From positions 16,174 through 80,173 of the forward strand of contig JAFUSA010000017.1 in assembly GCA_017480745.1 (NCBI GenBank): a DNA stretch of 64,000 bases, read 5' to 3'. This DNA is from Alphaproteobacteria bacterium. Its GTDB lineage: Bacteria > Pseudomonadota > Alphaproteobacteria > RF32 > CAG-239. This document shows positions 63,839 to 64,000 of the stretch, piece by piece. The notes under the pieces are model-generated. The model did not search any database, was not told where the DNA came from, and worked only from the letters and a program-made list of their open reading frames with translations. The translations under genes were made by a program, and so were the position numbers. Numbering within the stretch: position 1 is the stretch's first letter; every line of letters starts with the position of its first letter.

Positions 63839-64000
63839 ATGAGAAACTTAAAAATTAAAAATAATGAATCCGGACGCTCAATGATAGAAATGTTGGGCGT
63901 GTTGGCTATCATCGGTGTATTATCGGTTGGTGGAATCGCCGGATATTCTAAGGCAATGATGAAATATCGTATTAATAAAACTATTGAGCAGATAACTCTC
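63839..64000 (+). CDS. Type IV pilin-like protein, N-terminal part (runs off window)
   Basis: MRNLKIKNNESG|RSMIEMLGVLAIIGVLSVGGIAGYSKAMMKYRINKTIEQITL. Confidence 0.75.
   Translation, partial: MRNLKIKNNESGRSMIEMLGVLAIIGVLSVGGIAGYSKAMMKYRINKTIEQITL

Overview
This is an AT-rich chromosomal segment (composition judged by eye, not computed). It most likely comes from an uncultured, probably anaerobic or host-associated alphaproteobacterium. Support for that: a ChpT-type histidine phosphotransferase, ihfA-merR, gpmI-M23-ctpA-rppH and acpP-fabF-mltG synteny, plus HydF and desulfoferrodoxin. Most of the window is housekeeping: gatB 3' end, yejEF-like ABC genes, rplJL, alr, typA, tRNA-Arg(CCG), gpmI, fabF, mltG, truA, PTS EIIA/HPr, trmFO, tag, argS, lolA.

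Three things are not ordinary:
1. An ~8.2-kb integrase-less prophage (4760-13023). It is bracketed by a perfect 23-bp direct repeat that lies inside two dif-like XerC/D sites. Its gene content is replication initiator, Zn-ribbon, small P-loop ATPase, a 287-aa capsid candidate, many single-TM mini-proteins, a spike, and a SleB-type lysin. That fits a tailless internal-membrane (PM2/corticovirus-like) virus rather than a tailed or filamentous phage.
2. A dispersed family of atypical type IV pilin-like genes with a G|RSMIEML motif. There are three full copies, one copy cut by the window edge, one truncated copy, and one 3' fragment. Some carry in-frame palindromic insertions in the leader peptide.
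3. A ~195-nt structured 5' leader RNA present four times, ahead of three pilin-like genes and one glycosyltransferase operon. It has conserved loops, helices that change sequence but stay complementary between copies, and an intrinsic terminator just before the RBS. I could not assign it to any riboswitch class I know, and I consider it the best candidate for an undescribed regulatory system here.

All functional calls rest on motif recognition by eye. No searches were run.
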